A stretch of 64,000 bases of DNA from Auanema rhodensis. Lineage: Eukaryota; Animalia; Nematoda. The stretch is from positions 2,232,001 to 2,296,000 of the forward strand of contig OZ059897.1 of assembly GCA_964057225.1 (NCBI GenBank), written 5' to 3'. A program made the position numbers and the translations under genes. This document shows, in pieces, positions 26,801 through 40,746 of this stretch. A model generated the notes under the pieces. The model saw nothing but the letters and a program-made list of their open reading frames with translations. It was not told the origin of the DNA and searched no databases. Position 1 is the first letter of the stretch. The number at the start of each line of letters is the position of its first letter.

Positions 26801-29800
26801 AGAAGGAATCTAAAAACATCTACTTTTTGTGAAATTATTCAGAAATTTTTCGGGAAAATTTTTGTCAAAATGTTTTTGGAAGCAATGTTGAGTGTACATG
26901 GGAACTCAACATACACTAATGCATTATTTTTCAAACGATCATAACTTATTTTTGTATAGAGCGTTTCTCAATGTAGTATAGTGCATTCGATGCGGATTTT
27001 TAAGCTGCGTCGATCTGTATTATCAGATTTGAGTTAGCTTAAAAATGCACCGAGATATCAACTGATATATGTTCACACTTATATCCTCGATTTTCACCCT
27101 GAAGAAATGATTTTTTCGTTGAAAAAACATTGTCCATCGTCTTTGCCTTGAAAAAAGGAATCTAAAAACATCTACTTTTTGTGAAATTATTTAGAAATTT
27201 TTCGGGAAAATTTTTGTCAAAATGTTTTTGGAAGCAATGTTGGGTGTACATGGGAACTCAACATACACTAATGCATTATTTTTCAAACGATCATAACTAA
27301 TTTTTGTATAAAGCGTTTCTTAATGTAGTATAGTGCATTCGATGCGGATTTTTAAGCTGCGTCGATCTGTGTTATCAGATTTGAGTTAGCTTAAAAATGC
27401 ACCGAGATATCAACTGATATATGTTCACACTTATATCCTCGATTTTCACCCTGAAGAAATGATTTTTTTGTTGAAAAAACATTGTCCATCGTCTTTGCCT
27501 TGAAAAAAGGAATCTAAAAACATCTACTTTTTGTGAAATTATTTAGAAATTTTTCGGGAAAATTTTTGTCAAAATGTTTTTGGAAGCAATGTTGAGTGTA
27601 CATGGGAACTCAACATACACTAATGCATTATTTTTCAAACGATCATAACTTATTTTTGTATAGAGCGTTTTTCAATGTAGTATAGTGCATTCGATGCGGA
27701 TTTTTAAGCTGCGTCGATCTGTGTTATCCGATTTGAGCTAGCTTGAAAATGTACCGAGATATCAACTGATATATGTTCACACTTATATCCTCGATTTTCA
27801 CCCTGAAGAAATGATTTTTTCGTTGAATAACATTGTCCATCATCTTCGTCTTGAAAAAAGGAATCTAAAAACATCTACTTTTTGTGAAATTATTTAGAAA
27901 TTTTTCGGGAAAATTTTTGTCAAAATGTTTTTGGAAGCAATGTTGAGTGTACATGGGAACTCAACATACACTAATGCATTATTTTTCAAACGATCATAAC
28001 TTATTTTTGTATAGAGCGTTTCTCAATGTAGTATAGTGCATTCGATGCGGATTTTTAAGCTGCGTCGATCTGTGTTATCAGATTTGAGCTAGCTTAAAAA
28101 TGCACCGAGATATCAACTGATATATGTTCACACTTATATCCTCGATTTTCACCCTGAAGAAATGATTTTTTGGTTGAAAAACATTGTCCATCGTCTTCGT
28201 CTTGAAAAAAGGAATCTAAAAACATCTACTTTTTGTGAAATTATTTAGAAATTTTTCGGGAAAATTTTTGTCAAAATGTTTTTGGAAGCAATGTTGAGTG
28301 TACATGGGAACTCAACATACACTAATGCATTATTTTTCAAACGATCATAACTTATTTTTGTATAGAGCGTTTCTCAATGTAGTATAGTGCATTCGATGCG
28401 GATTTTTAAGCTGCGTCGATCTGTGTTATCCGATTTGAGCTAGCTTGAAAATGTACCGAGATATCAACTGATATATGTTCACACTTATATCCTCGATTTT
28501 CACCCTGAAGAATTTATTTTTTCGTTGAATAACATTGTCCATCGTCTTCGCCTTGAAAGAAGGAATCTAAAAACATCTACTTTTTGTGAAATTATTTAGA
28601 AATTTTTCGGGAAAATTTTTGTCAAAATGTTTTTGGAAGCAATGTTGAGTGTACATGGGAACTCAACATACACTAATGCATTATTTTTCAAACGATCATA
28701 ACTAATTTTTGTATAAAGCGTTTCTTAATGTAGTATAGTGCATTCGATGCGGATTTTTAAGCTGCGTCGATCTGTGTTATCAGATTTGAGCTAGCTTAAA
28801 AATGCACCGAGATATCAACTGATATATGTTCACACTTATATCCTCGATTTTCACCCTGAAGAAATGATTTTTTGGTTGAAAAACATTGTCCATCGTCTTC
28901 GTCTTGAAAAAAGGAATCTAAAAACATCTACTTTTTGTGAAATTATTCAGAAATTTTTCGGGAAAATTTTTGTCAAAATGTTTTTGGAAGCAATGTTGAG
29001 TGTACATGGGAACTCAACATACACTAATGCATTATTTTTCAAACGATCATAACTTATTTTTGTATAGAGCGTTTCTCAATGTAGTATAGTGCATTCGATG
29101 CGGATTTTTAAGCTGCGTCGATCTGTGTTATCAGATTTGAGTTAGCTTAAAAATGCACCGAGATATCAACTGATATATGTTCACACTTTTATCCTCGATT
29201 TTCACCCTGAAGAAATGATTTTTTCTTTGAAAAAACATTGTCCATCGTCTTTGCCTTGAAAAAAGGAATCTAAAAACATCTACTTTTTGTGAAATTATTT
29301 AGAAATTTTTCGGGAAAATTTTTGTCAAAATGTTTTTGGAAGCAATGTTGAGTGTACATGGGAACTCAACATACACTAATGCATTATTTTTCAAACGATC
29401 ATAACTAATTTTTGTAAATAGCGTTTCTCGATGTAGTATAGTGCATTCGATGCGGATTTTTAAGCTGCGTTGATCTGTGTTATCAGATTTGAGCTAGCTT
29501 AAAAATGCACCGAGATATCAACTGATATATGTTCACACTTTTATCCTCGATTTTCACCCTGAAGAAATGATTTTTTCTTTGTAAAAACATTGTCCATCGT
29601 CTTTGCCTTGAAAAAAGGAATCTAAAAACATCTACTTTTTGTGAAATTATTCAGAAATTTTTCGGGAAAATTTTTGTCAAAATGTTTTTGGAAGCAATGT
29701 TGAGTGTACATGGGAACTCAACATACACTAATGCATTATTTTTCAAACGATCATAACTAATTTTTGTAAATAGCGTTTCTCAAGGTAGTATAGTGCATTC

Positions 29801-31262
29801 GATGCGGATTTTTTAGCTGCGTCGATCTGTGTTATCAGATTTGAGCTAGCTTAAAAATGCACCGAGATATCAACTGATATATGTTCACACTTATATCCTC
29901 GATTTTCACCCTGAAGAAATGATTTTTTGGTTGAAAAACATTGTCCATCGTCTTCGTCTTGAAAAAAGGAATCTAAAAACATCTACTTTTTGTGAAATTA
30001 TTCAGAAATTTTTTGGGAAAATTTTTGTCAAAATGTTTTTGGAAGCAATGTTGAGTGTACATGGGAACTCAACATACACTAATGCATTATTTTTCAAACG
30101 ATCATAACTTATTTTTGTATAGAGCGTTTCTCAATGTAGTATAGTGCATTCGATGCGGATTTTTAAGCTGCGTCGATCTGTGTTATCAGATTTGAGTTAG
30201 CTTAAAAATGCACCGAGATATCAACTGATATATGTTCACACTTTTATCCTCGATTTTCACCCTGAAGAAATGATTTTTTCTTTGAAAAAACATTGTCCAT
30301 CGTCTTTGCCTTGAAAAAAGGAATCTAAAAACATCTACTTTTTGTGAAATTATTTAGAAATTTTTCGGGAAAATTTTTGTCAAAATGTTTTTGGAAGCAA
30401 TGTTGAGTGTACATGGGAACTCAACATACACTAATGCATTATTTTTCAAACGATCATAACTAATTTTTGTAAATAGCGTTTCTCGATGTAGTATAGTGCA
30501 TTCGATGCGGATTTTTAAGCTGCGTTGATCTGTGTTATCAGATTTGAGTTAACTTAAAAATGCACCGAGATATCAACTGATATAGGTTCACACTTATATC
30601 CTCGATTTTCACCCTGAAGAATTTATTTTTTCGTTGAATAACATTGTCCATCGTCTTCGCCTTGAAAGAAGGAATCTAAAAACATCTACTTTTTGTGAAA
30701 TTATTCAGAAATTTTTCGGGAAAATTTTTGTCAAAATGTTTTTGGAAGCAATGTTGAGTGTACATGGGAACTCAACATACACTAATGCATTATTTTTCAA
30801 ACGATCATAACTAATTTTTGTAAATAGCGTTTCTCAAGGTAGTATAGTGCATTCGATGCGGATTTTTAAGCTGCGTCGATCTGTGTTATCAGATTTGAGC
30901 TAGCTTAAAAATGCACCGAGATATCAACTGATATATGTTCACACTTATATCCTCGATTTTCACCCTGAAGAAATGATTTTTTCGTTGAAAAAACATTGTC
31001 CATCGTCTTTGCCTTGAAAAAAGGAATCTAAAAACATCTACTTTTTGTGAAATTATTTAGAAATTTTTCGGGAAAATTTTTGTCAAAATGTTTTTGGAAG
31101 CAATGTTGAGTGTACATGGGAACTCAACATACACTAATGCATTATTTTTCAAACGATCATAACTAATTTTTGTAAATAGCGTTTCTCGATGTAGTATAGT
31201 GCATTCGATGCGGATTTTTAAGCTGCGTTGATCTGTGTTATCAGATTTGAGTTAACTTAAAA

Positions 31263-34200
31263 ATGCACCGAGATATCAACTGATATAGGTTCACACTTAT
31301 ATCCTCGATTTTCACCCTGAAGAAATGATTTTTTCGTTGAAAAACATTGTCCATCGTCTTTGTCATGAAAAAAGGAATCTAAAAACATCTACTTTTTGTG
31401 AAATTATTCAGAAAATTTTCGGGAAAATTTTTGTCAAAATGTTTTTGGAAGCAATGTTGAGTGTACATGGGAACTCAACATACACTAATGCATTATTTTT
31501 CAAACGATCATAACTAATTTTTGTAAATAGCGTTTCTCAAGGTAGTATAGTGCATTCGATGCGGATTTTTAAGCTGCGTCGATCTGTGTTATCAGATTTG
31601 AGCTAGCTTAAAAATGCACCGAGATATCAACTGATATATGTTCACACTTATATCCTCGATTTTCACCCTGAAGAAATGATTTTTTGGTTGAAAAACATTG
31701 TCCATCGTCTTCGTCTTGAAAAAAGGAATCTAAAAACATCTACTTTTTGTGAAATTATTTAGAAATTTTTCGGGAAAATTTTTGTCAAAATGTTTTTGGA
31801 AGCAATGTTGGGTGTACATGGGAACTCAACATACACTAATGCATTATTTTTCAAACGATCATAACTAATTTTTGTATAAAGCGTTTCTTAATGTAGTATA
31901 GTGCATTCGATGCGGATTTTTAAGCTGCGTCGATCTGTGTTATCAGATTTGAGTTAGCTTAAAAATGCACCGAGATATCAACTGATATATGTTCACACTT
32001 ATATCCTCGATTTTCACCCTGAAGAAATGATTTTTTTGTTGAAAAAACATTGTCCATCGTCTTTGCCTTGAAAAAAGGAATCTAAAAACATCTACTTTTT
32101 GTGAAATTATTTAGAAATTTTTCGGGAAAATTTTTGTCAAAATGTTTTTGGAAGCAATGTTGAGTGTACATGGGAACTCAACATACACTAATGCATTATT
32201 TTTCAAACGATCATAACTTATTTTTGTATAGAGCGTTTCTCAATGTAGTATAGTGCATTCGATGCGGATTTTTAAGCTGCGTCGATCTGTGTTATCCGAT
32301 TTGAGCTAGCTTGAAAATGTACCGAGATATCAACTGATATATGTTCACACTTATATCCTCGATTTTCACCCTGAAGAATTTATTTTTTCGTTGAATAACA
32401 TTGTCCATCGTCTTCGCCTTGAAAGAAGGAATCTAAAAACATCTACTTTTTGTGAAATTATTCAGAAATTTTTCGGGAAAATTTTTGTCAAAATGTTTTT
32501 GGAAGCAATGTTGAGTGTACATGGGAACTCAACATACACTAATGCATTATTTTTCAAACGATCATAACTTATTTTTGTATAGAGCGTTTCTCAATGTAGT
32601 ATAGTGCATTCGATGCGGATTTTTAAGCTGCGTCGATCTGTGTTATCAGATTTGAGTTAGCTTAAAAATGCACCGAGATATCAACTGATATATGTTCACA
32701 CTTATATCCTCGATTTTCACCCTGAAGAAATGATTTTTTCGTTGAAAAAACATTGTCCATCGTCTTTGCCTTGAAAAAAGGAATCTAAAAACATCTACTT
32801 TTTGTGAAATTATTTAGAAATTTTTCGGGAAAATTTTTGTCAAAATGTTTTTGGAAGCAATGTTGAGTGTACATGGGAACTCAACATACACTAATGCATT
32901 ATTTTTCAAACGATCATAACTAATTTTTGTAAATAGCGTTTCTCAAGGTAGTATAGTGCATTCGATGCGGATTTTTAAGCTGCGTCGATCTGTGTTATCC
33001 GATTTGAGCTAGCTTGAAAATGTACCGAGATATCAACTGATATATGTTCACACTTATATCCTCGATTTTCACCCTGAAGAATTTATTTTTTCGTTGAATA
33101 ACATTGTCCATCGTCTTCGCCTTGAAAGAAGGAATCTAAAAACATCTACTTTTTGTGAAATTATTCAGAAATTTTTCGGGAAAATTTTTGTCAAAATGTT
33201 TTTGGAAGCAATGTTGGGTGTACATGGGAACTCAACATACACTAATGCATTATTTTTCAAACGATCATAACTAATTTTTGTATAAAGCGTTTCTTAATGT
33301 AGTATAGTGCATTCGATGCGGATTTTTAAGCTGCGTCGATCTGTGTTATCAGATTTGAGTTAGCTTGAAAATGTACCGAGATATCAACTGATATATGTTC
33401 ACACTTATATCCTCGATTTTCACCCTGAAGAATTTATTTTTTCGTTGAATAACATTGTCCATCGTCTTCGCCTTGAAAGAAGGAATCTAAAAACATCTAC
33501 TTTTTGTGAAATTATTCAGAAATTTTTCGGGAAAATTTTTGTCAAAATGTTTTTGGAAGCAATGTTGAGTGTACATGGGAACTCAGCATACACTAATGCA
33601 TTATTTTTCAAACGATAATAACTAATTTTTGTATAGAGCGTTTCTTAATGTAGTAAAGTGCATTCGATGCGGATTTTTAAGTTGCGTTGATCTGTGTTAT
33701 CAGATTTGAGTTAGCTTAAAAATGCACCGAGATATCAACTGATATATGTTCACACTTATATCCTCGATTTTCACCCTGAAGAAATGATTTTTTCGTTGAA
33801 TAACATTGTCCATCATCTTCGTCTTGAAAAAAGGAATCTAAAAACATCTACTTTTTGTGAAATTATTTAGAAATTTTTCGGGAAAATTTTTGTCAAAATG
33901 TTTTTGGAAGCAATGTTGAGTGTACATGGGAACTCAACATACACTAATGCATTATTTTTCAAACGATCATAACTAATTTTTGTAAATAGCGTTTCTCGAT
34001 GTAGTATAGTGCATTCGATGCGGATTTTTAAGCTGCGTTGATCTGTGTTATCAGATTTGAGTTAACTTAAAAATGCACCGAGATATCAACTGATATAGGT
34101 TCACACTTATATCCTCGATTTTCACCCTGAAGAAATGATTTTTTCGTTGAAAAACATTGTCCATCGTCTTTGTCATGAAAAAAGGAATCTAAAAACATCT

Positions 34201-35829
34201 ACTTTTTGTGAAATTATTCAGAAAATTTTCGGGAAAATTTTTGTCAAAATGTTTTTGGAAGCAATGTTGAGTGTACATGGGAACTCAACATACACTAATG
34301 CATTATTTTTCAAACGATCATAACTAATTTTTGTAAATAGCGTTTCTCAAGGTAATATAGTGCATTCGATGCGGATTTTTAAGCTGCGTCGATCTGTGTT
34401 ATCAGATTTGAGCTAGCTTAAAAATGCACCGAGATATCAACTGATATATGTTCACACTTATATCCTCGATTTTCACCCTGAAGAAATGATTTTTTGGTTG
34501 AAAAACATTGTCCATCGTCTTCGTCTTGAAAAAAGGAATCTAAAAACATCTACTTTTTGTGAAATTATTTAGAAATTTTTCGGGAAAATTTTTGTCAAAA
34601 TGTTTTTGGAAGCAATGTTGGGTGTACATGGGAACTCAACATACACTAATGCATTATTTTTCAAACGATCATAACTAATTTTTGTATAAGGCGTTTCTTA
34701 ATGTAGTATAGTGCATTCGATGCGGATTTTTAAGCTGCGTCGATCTGTGTTATCAGATTTGAGTTAGCTTAAAAATGCACCGAGATATCAACTGATATAT
34801 GTTCACACTTATATCCTCGATTTTCACCCTGAAGAAATGATTTTTTTGTTGAAAAAACATTGTCCATCGTCTTTGCCTTGAAAAAAGGAATCTAAAAACA
34901 TCTACTTTTTGTGAAATTATTTAGAAATTTTTCGGGAAAATTTTTGTCAAAATGTTTTTGGAAGCAATGTTGAGTGTACATGGGAACTCAACATACACTA
35001 ATGCATTATTTTTCAAACGATCATAACTTATTTTTGTATAGAGCGTTTCTCAATGTAGTATAGTGCATTCGATGCGGATTTTTAAGCTGCGTCGATCTGT
35101 GTTATCCGATTTGAGCTAGCTTGAAAATGTACCGAGATATCAACTGATATATGTTCACACTTATATCCTCGATTTTCACCCTGAAGAATTTATTTTTTCG
35201 TTGAATAACATTGTCCATCGTCTTCGCCTTGAAAGAAGGAATCTAAAAACATCTACTTTTTGTGAAATTATTCAGAAATTTTTCGGGAAAATTTTTGTCA
35301 AAATGTTTTTGGAAGCAATGTTGAGTGTACATGGGAACTCAACATACACTAATGCATTATTTTTCAAACGATCATAACTTATTTTTGTATAGAGCGTTTC
35401 TCAATGTAGTATAGTGCATTCGATGCGGATTTTTAAGCTGCGTCGATCTGTGTTATCAGATTTGAGTTAGCTTAAAAATGCACCGAGATATCAACTGATA
35501 TATGTTCACACTTATATCCTCGATTTTCACCCTGAAGAAATGATTTTTTCGTTGAAAAAACATTGTCCATCGTCTTTGCCTTGAAAAAAGGAATCTAAAA
35601 ACATCTACTTTTTGTGAAATTATTCAGAAATTTTTCGGGAAAATTTTTGTCAAAATGTTTTTGGAAGCAATGTTGAGTGTACATGGGAACTCAACATACA
35701 CTAATGCATTATTTTTCAAACGATCATAACTAATTTTTGTAAATAGCGTTTCTCAAGGTAGTATAGTGCATTCGATGCGGATTTTTAAGCTGCGTCGATC
35801 TGTGTTATCAGATTTGAGCTAGCTTAAAA
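31263..35829. repeat. H-W-L-R-L block repeated at a 2810-bp (8-monomer) offset
   Basis: Same class order and variants (CTTTGTCATG, GGGT, TTTTTTTGTTG) starting at 31263 and 34073; ORFs at 31325 and 34135. Confidence 0.7.
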
Positions 35830-37234
35830 ATGCACCGAGATATCAACTGATATATGTTCACACTTATATCCTCGATTTTCACCCTGAAGAAATGATTTTT
35901 TGGTTGAAAAACATTGTCCATCGTCTTCGTCTTGAAAAAAGAAATCTAAAAACATCTACTTTTTGTGAAATTATTTAGAAATTTTTCGGGAAAATTTTTG
36001 TCAAAATGTTTTTGGAAGCAATGTTGGGTGTACATGGGAACTCAACATACACTAATGCATTATTTTTCAAACGATCATAACTAATTTTTGTATAAAGCGT
36101 TTCTTAATGTAGTATAGTGCATTCGATGCGGATTTTTAAGCTGCGTCGATCTGTGTTATCAGATTTGAGTTAGCTTGAAAATGTACCGAGATATCAACTG
36201 ATATATGTTCACACTTATATCCTCGATTTTCACCCTGAAGAATTTATTTTTTCGTTGAATAAAATTGTCCATCGTCTTCGCCTTGAAAGAAGGAATCTAA
36301 AAACATCTACTTTTTGTGAAATTATTCAGAAATGTTTCGGGAAAATTTTTGTCAAAATGTTTTTGGAAGCAATGTTGAGTGTACATGGGAACTCAACATA
36401 CACTAATGCATTATTTTTCAAACGATCATAACTTATTTTTGTATAGAGCGTTTCTCAATGTAGTATAGTGCATTCGATGCGGATTTTTAAGCTGCGTCGA
36501 TCTGTGTTATCCGATTTGAGCTAGCTTGAAAATGTACCGAGATATCAACTGATATATGTTCACACTTATATCCTCGATTTTCACCCTGAAGAATTTATTT
36601 TTTCGTTGAATAACATTGTCCATCGTCTTCGCCTTGAAAGAAGGAATCTAAAAACATCTACTTTTTGTGAAATTATTCAGAAATTTTTCGGGAAAATTTT
36701 TGTCAAAATGTTTTTGGAAGCAATGTTGAGTGTACATGGGAACTCAACATACACTAATGCATTATTTTTCAAACGATCATAACTTATTTTTGTATAGAGC
36801 GTTTCTCAATGTAGTATAGTGCATTCGATGCGGATTTTTAAGCTGCGTCGATCTGTGTTATCAGATTTGAGTTAGCTTAAAAATGCACCGAGATATCAAC
36901 TGATATATGTTCACACTTATATCCTCGATTTTCACCCTGAAGAAATGATTTTTTCGTTGAAAAAACATTGTCCATCGTCTTTGCCTTGAAAAAAGGAATC
37001 TAAAAACATCTACTTTTTGTGAAATTATTTAGAAATTTTTCGGGAAAATTTTTGTCAAAATGTTTTTGGAAGCAATGTTGAGTGTACATGGGAACTCAAC
37101 ATACACTAATGCATTATTTTTCAAACGATCATAACTAATTTTTGTAAATAGCGTTTCTCAAGGTAGTATAGTGCATTCGATGCGGATTTTTAAGCTGCGT
37201 CGATCTGTGTTATCAGATTTGAGCTAGCTTAAAA

Positions 37235-40200
37235 ATGCACCGAGATATCAACTGATATATGTTCACACTTATATCCTCGATTTTCACCCTGAAGAATTTA
37301 TTTTTTCGTTGAATAACATTGTCCATCGTCTTCGCCTTGAAAGAAGGAATCTAAAAACATCTACTTTTTGTGAAATTATTCAGAAATTTTTCGGGAAAAT
37401 TTTTGTCAAAATGTTTTTGGAAGCAATGTTGAGTGTACATGGGAACTCAGCATACACTAATGCATTATTTTTCAAACGATAATAACTAATTTTTGTATAG
37501 AGCGTTTCTTAATGTAGTATAGTGCATTCGATGCGGATTTTTAAGTTGCGTTGATCTGTGTTATCAGATTTGAGTTAGCTTAAAAATGCACCGAGATATC
37601 AACTGATATATGTTCACACTTATATCCTCGATTTTCACCCTGAAGAAATGATTTTTTCGTTGAATAACATTGTCCATCATCTTCGTCTTGAAAAAAGGAA
37701 TCTAAAAACATCTACTTTTTGTGAAATTATTTAGAAATTTTTCGGGAAAATTTTTGTCAAAATGTTTTTGGAAGCAATGTTGAGTGTACATGGGAACTCA
37801 ACATACACTAATGCATTATTTTTCAAACGATCATAACTAATTTTTGTAAATAGCGTTTCTCGATGTAGTATAGTGCATTCGATGCGGATTTTTAAGCTGC
37901 GTTGATCTGTGTTATCAGATTTGAGTTAACTTAAAAATGCACCGAGATATCAACTGATATAGGTTCACACTTATATCCTCGATTTTCACCCTGAAGAAAT
38001 GATTTTTTCGTTGAAAAACATTGTCCATCGTCTTCGTCATGAAAAAAGGAATCTAAAAACATCTACTTTTTGTGAAATTATTCAGAAAATTTTCGGGAAA
38101 ATGTTTGTCAAAATGTTTTTGGAAGCAATGTTGAGTGTACATGGGAACTCAACATACACTAATGCATTATTTTTCAAACGATCATAACTAATTTTTGTAA
38201 ATAGCGTTTCTCAAGGTAGTATAGTGCATTCGATGCGGATTTTTAAGCTGCGTCGATCTGTGTTATCAGATTTGAGCTAGCTTAAAAATGCACCGCGATA
38301 TCAACTGATATATGTTCACACTTATATCCTCGATTTTCACCCTGAAGAAATGATTTTTTGGTTGAAAAACATTGTCCATCGTCTTCGTCTTGAAAAAAGG
38401 AATCTAAAAACATCTACTTTTTGTGAAATTATTTAGAAATTTTTCGGGAAAATTTTTGTCAAAATGTTTTTGGAAGAAATGTTGAGTGTACATGGGAACT
38501 CAACATACACTAATGCATTATTTTTCAAACGATCATAACTAATTTTTGTATAAAGCGTTTCTTAATGTAGTATAGTGCATTCGATGCGGATTTTTAAGCT
38601 GCGTCGATCTGTGTTATCAGATTTGAGTTAGCTTAAAAATGCACCGAGATATCAACTGATATATGTTCACACTTATATCCTCGATTTTCACCCTGAAGAA
38701 ATGATTTTTTCGTTGAAAAAACATTGTCCATCGTCTTTGCCTTGAAAAAAGGAATCTAAAAACATCTACTTTTTGTGAAATTATTTAGAAATTTTTCGGG
38801 AAAATTTTTGTCAAAATGTTTTTGGAAGCAATGTTGAGTGTACATGGGAACTCAACATACACTAATGCATTATTTTTCAAACGATCATAACTTATTTTTG
38901 TATAGAGCGTTTCTCAATGTAGTATAGTGCATTCGATGCGGATTTTTAAGCTGCGTCGATCTGTGTTATCCGATTTGAGCTAGCTTGAAAATGTACCGAG
39001 ATATCAACTGATATAGGTTCACACTTATATCCTCGATTTTCACCCTGAAGAAATGATTTTTTCGTTGAATAACATTGTCCATCGTCTTCGCCTTGAAAGA
39101 AGGAATCTAAAAACATCTACTTTTTGTGAAATTATTCAGAAATTTTTCGGGAAAATTTTTGTCAAAATGTTTTTGGAAGCAATGTTGAGTGTACATGGGA
39201 ACTCAGCATACACTAATGCATTATTTTTCAAACGATAATAACTAATTTTTGTATAGAGCGTTTCTTAATGTAGTATAGTGCATTCGATGCGGATTTTTAA
39301 GTTGCGTTGATCTGTGTTATCAGATTTGAGTTAGCTTAAAAATGCACCGAGATATCAACTGATATATGTTCACACTTATATCCTCGATTTTCACCCTGAA
39401 GAAATGATTTTTTCGTTGAATAACATTGTCCATCATCTTCGTCTTGAAAAAAGGAATCTAAAAACATCTACTTTTTGTGAAATTATTTAGAAATTTTTCG
39501 GGAAAATTTTTGTCAAAATGTTTTTGGAAGCAATGTTGAGTGTACATGGGAACTCAACATACACTAATGCATTATTTTTCAAACGATCATAACTAATTTT
39601 TGTAAATAGCGTTTCTCGATGTAGTATAGTGCATTCGATGCGGATTTTTAAGCTGCGTTGATCTGTGTTATCAGATTTGAGTTAACTTAAAAATGCACCG
39701 AGATATCAACTGATATAGGTTCACACTTATATCCTCGATTTTCACCCTGAAGAAATGATTTTTTCGTTGAAAAACATTGTCCATCGTCTTCGTCATGAAA
39801 AAAGGAATCTAAAAACATCTACTTTTTGTGAAATTATTCAGAAAATTTTCGGGAAAATGTTTGTCAAAATGTTTTTGGAAGCAATGTTGAGTGTACATGG
39901 GAACTCAACATACACTAATGCATTATTTTTCAAACGATCATAACTAATTTTTGTAAATAGCGTTTCTCAAGGTAGTATAGTGCATTCGATGCGGATTTTT
40001 AAGCTGCGTCGATCTGTGTTATCAGATTTGAGCTAGCTTAAAAATGCACCGCGATATCAACTGATATATGTTCACACTTATATCCTCGATTTTCACCCTG
40101 AAGAAATGATTTTTTGGTTGAAAAACATTGTCCATCGTCTTCGTCTTGAAAAAAGGAATCTAAAAACATCTACTTTTTGTGAAATTATTTAGAAATTTTT

Positions 40201-40746
40201 CGGGAAAATTTTTGTCAAAATGTTTTTGGAAGCAATGTTGAGTGTACATGGGAACTCAACATACACTAATGCATTATTTTTCAAACGATCATAACTAATT
40301 TTTGTATAAAGCGTTTCTTAATGTAGTATAGTGCATTCGATGCGGATTTTTAAGCTGCGTCGATCTGTGTTATCAGATTTGAGTTAGCTTAAAAATGCAC
40401 CGAGATATCAACTGATATATGTTCACACTTATATCCTCGATTTTCACCCTGAAGAAATGATTTTTTCGTTGAAAAAACATTGTCCATCGTCTTTGCCTTG
40501 AAAAAAGGAATCTAAAAACATCTACTTTTTGTGAAATTATTTAGAAATTTTTCGGGAAAATTTTTGTCAAAATGTTTTTGGAAGCAATGTTGAGTGTACA
40601 TGGGAACTCAACATACACTAATGCATTATTTTTCAAACGATCATAACTTATTTTTGTATAGAGCGTTTCTCAATGTAGTATAGTGCATTCGATGCGGATT
40701 TTTAAGCTGCGTCGATCTGTGTTATCCGATTTGAGCTAGCTTGAAA
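37235..40746. repeat. 5-mer higher-order duplication (R-N-H-W-L)x2, 1756 bp
   Basis: Rare GGGAAAATGTTTG in both H copies (ORFs at 37999 and 39755); CACCGCGA in both W copies. Confidence 0.88.
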
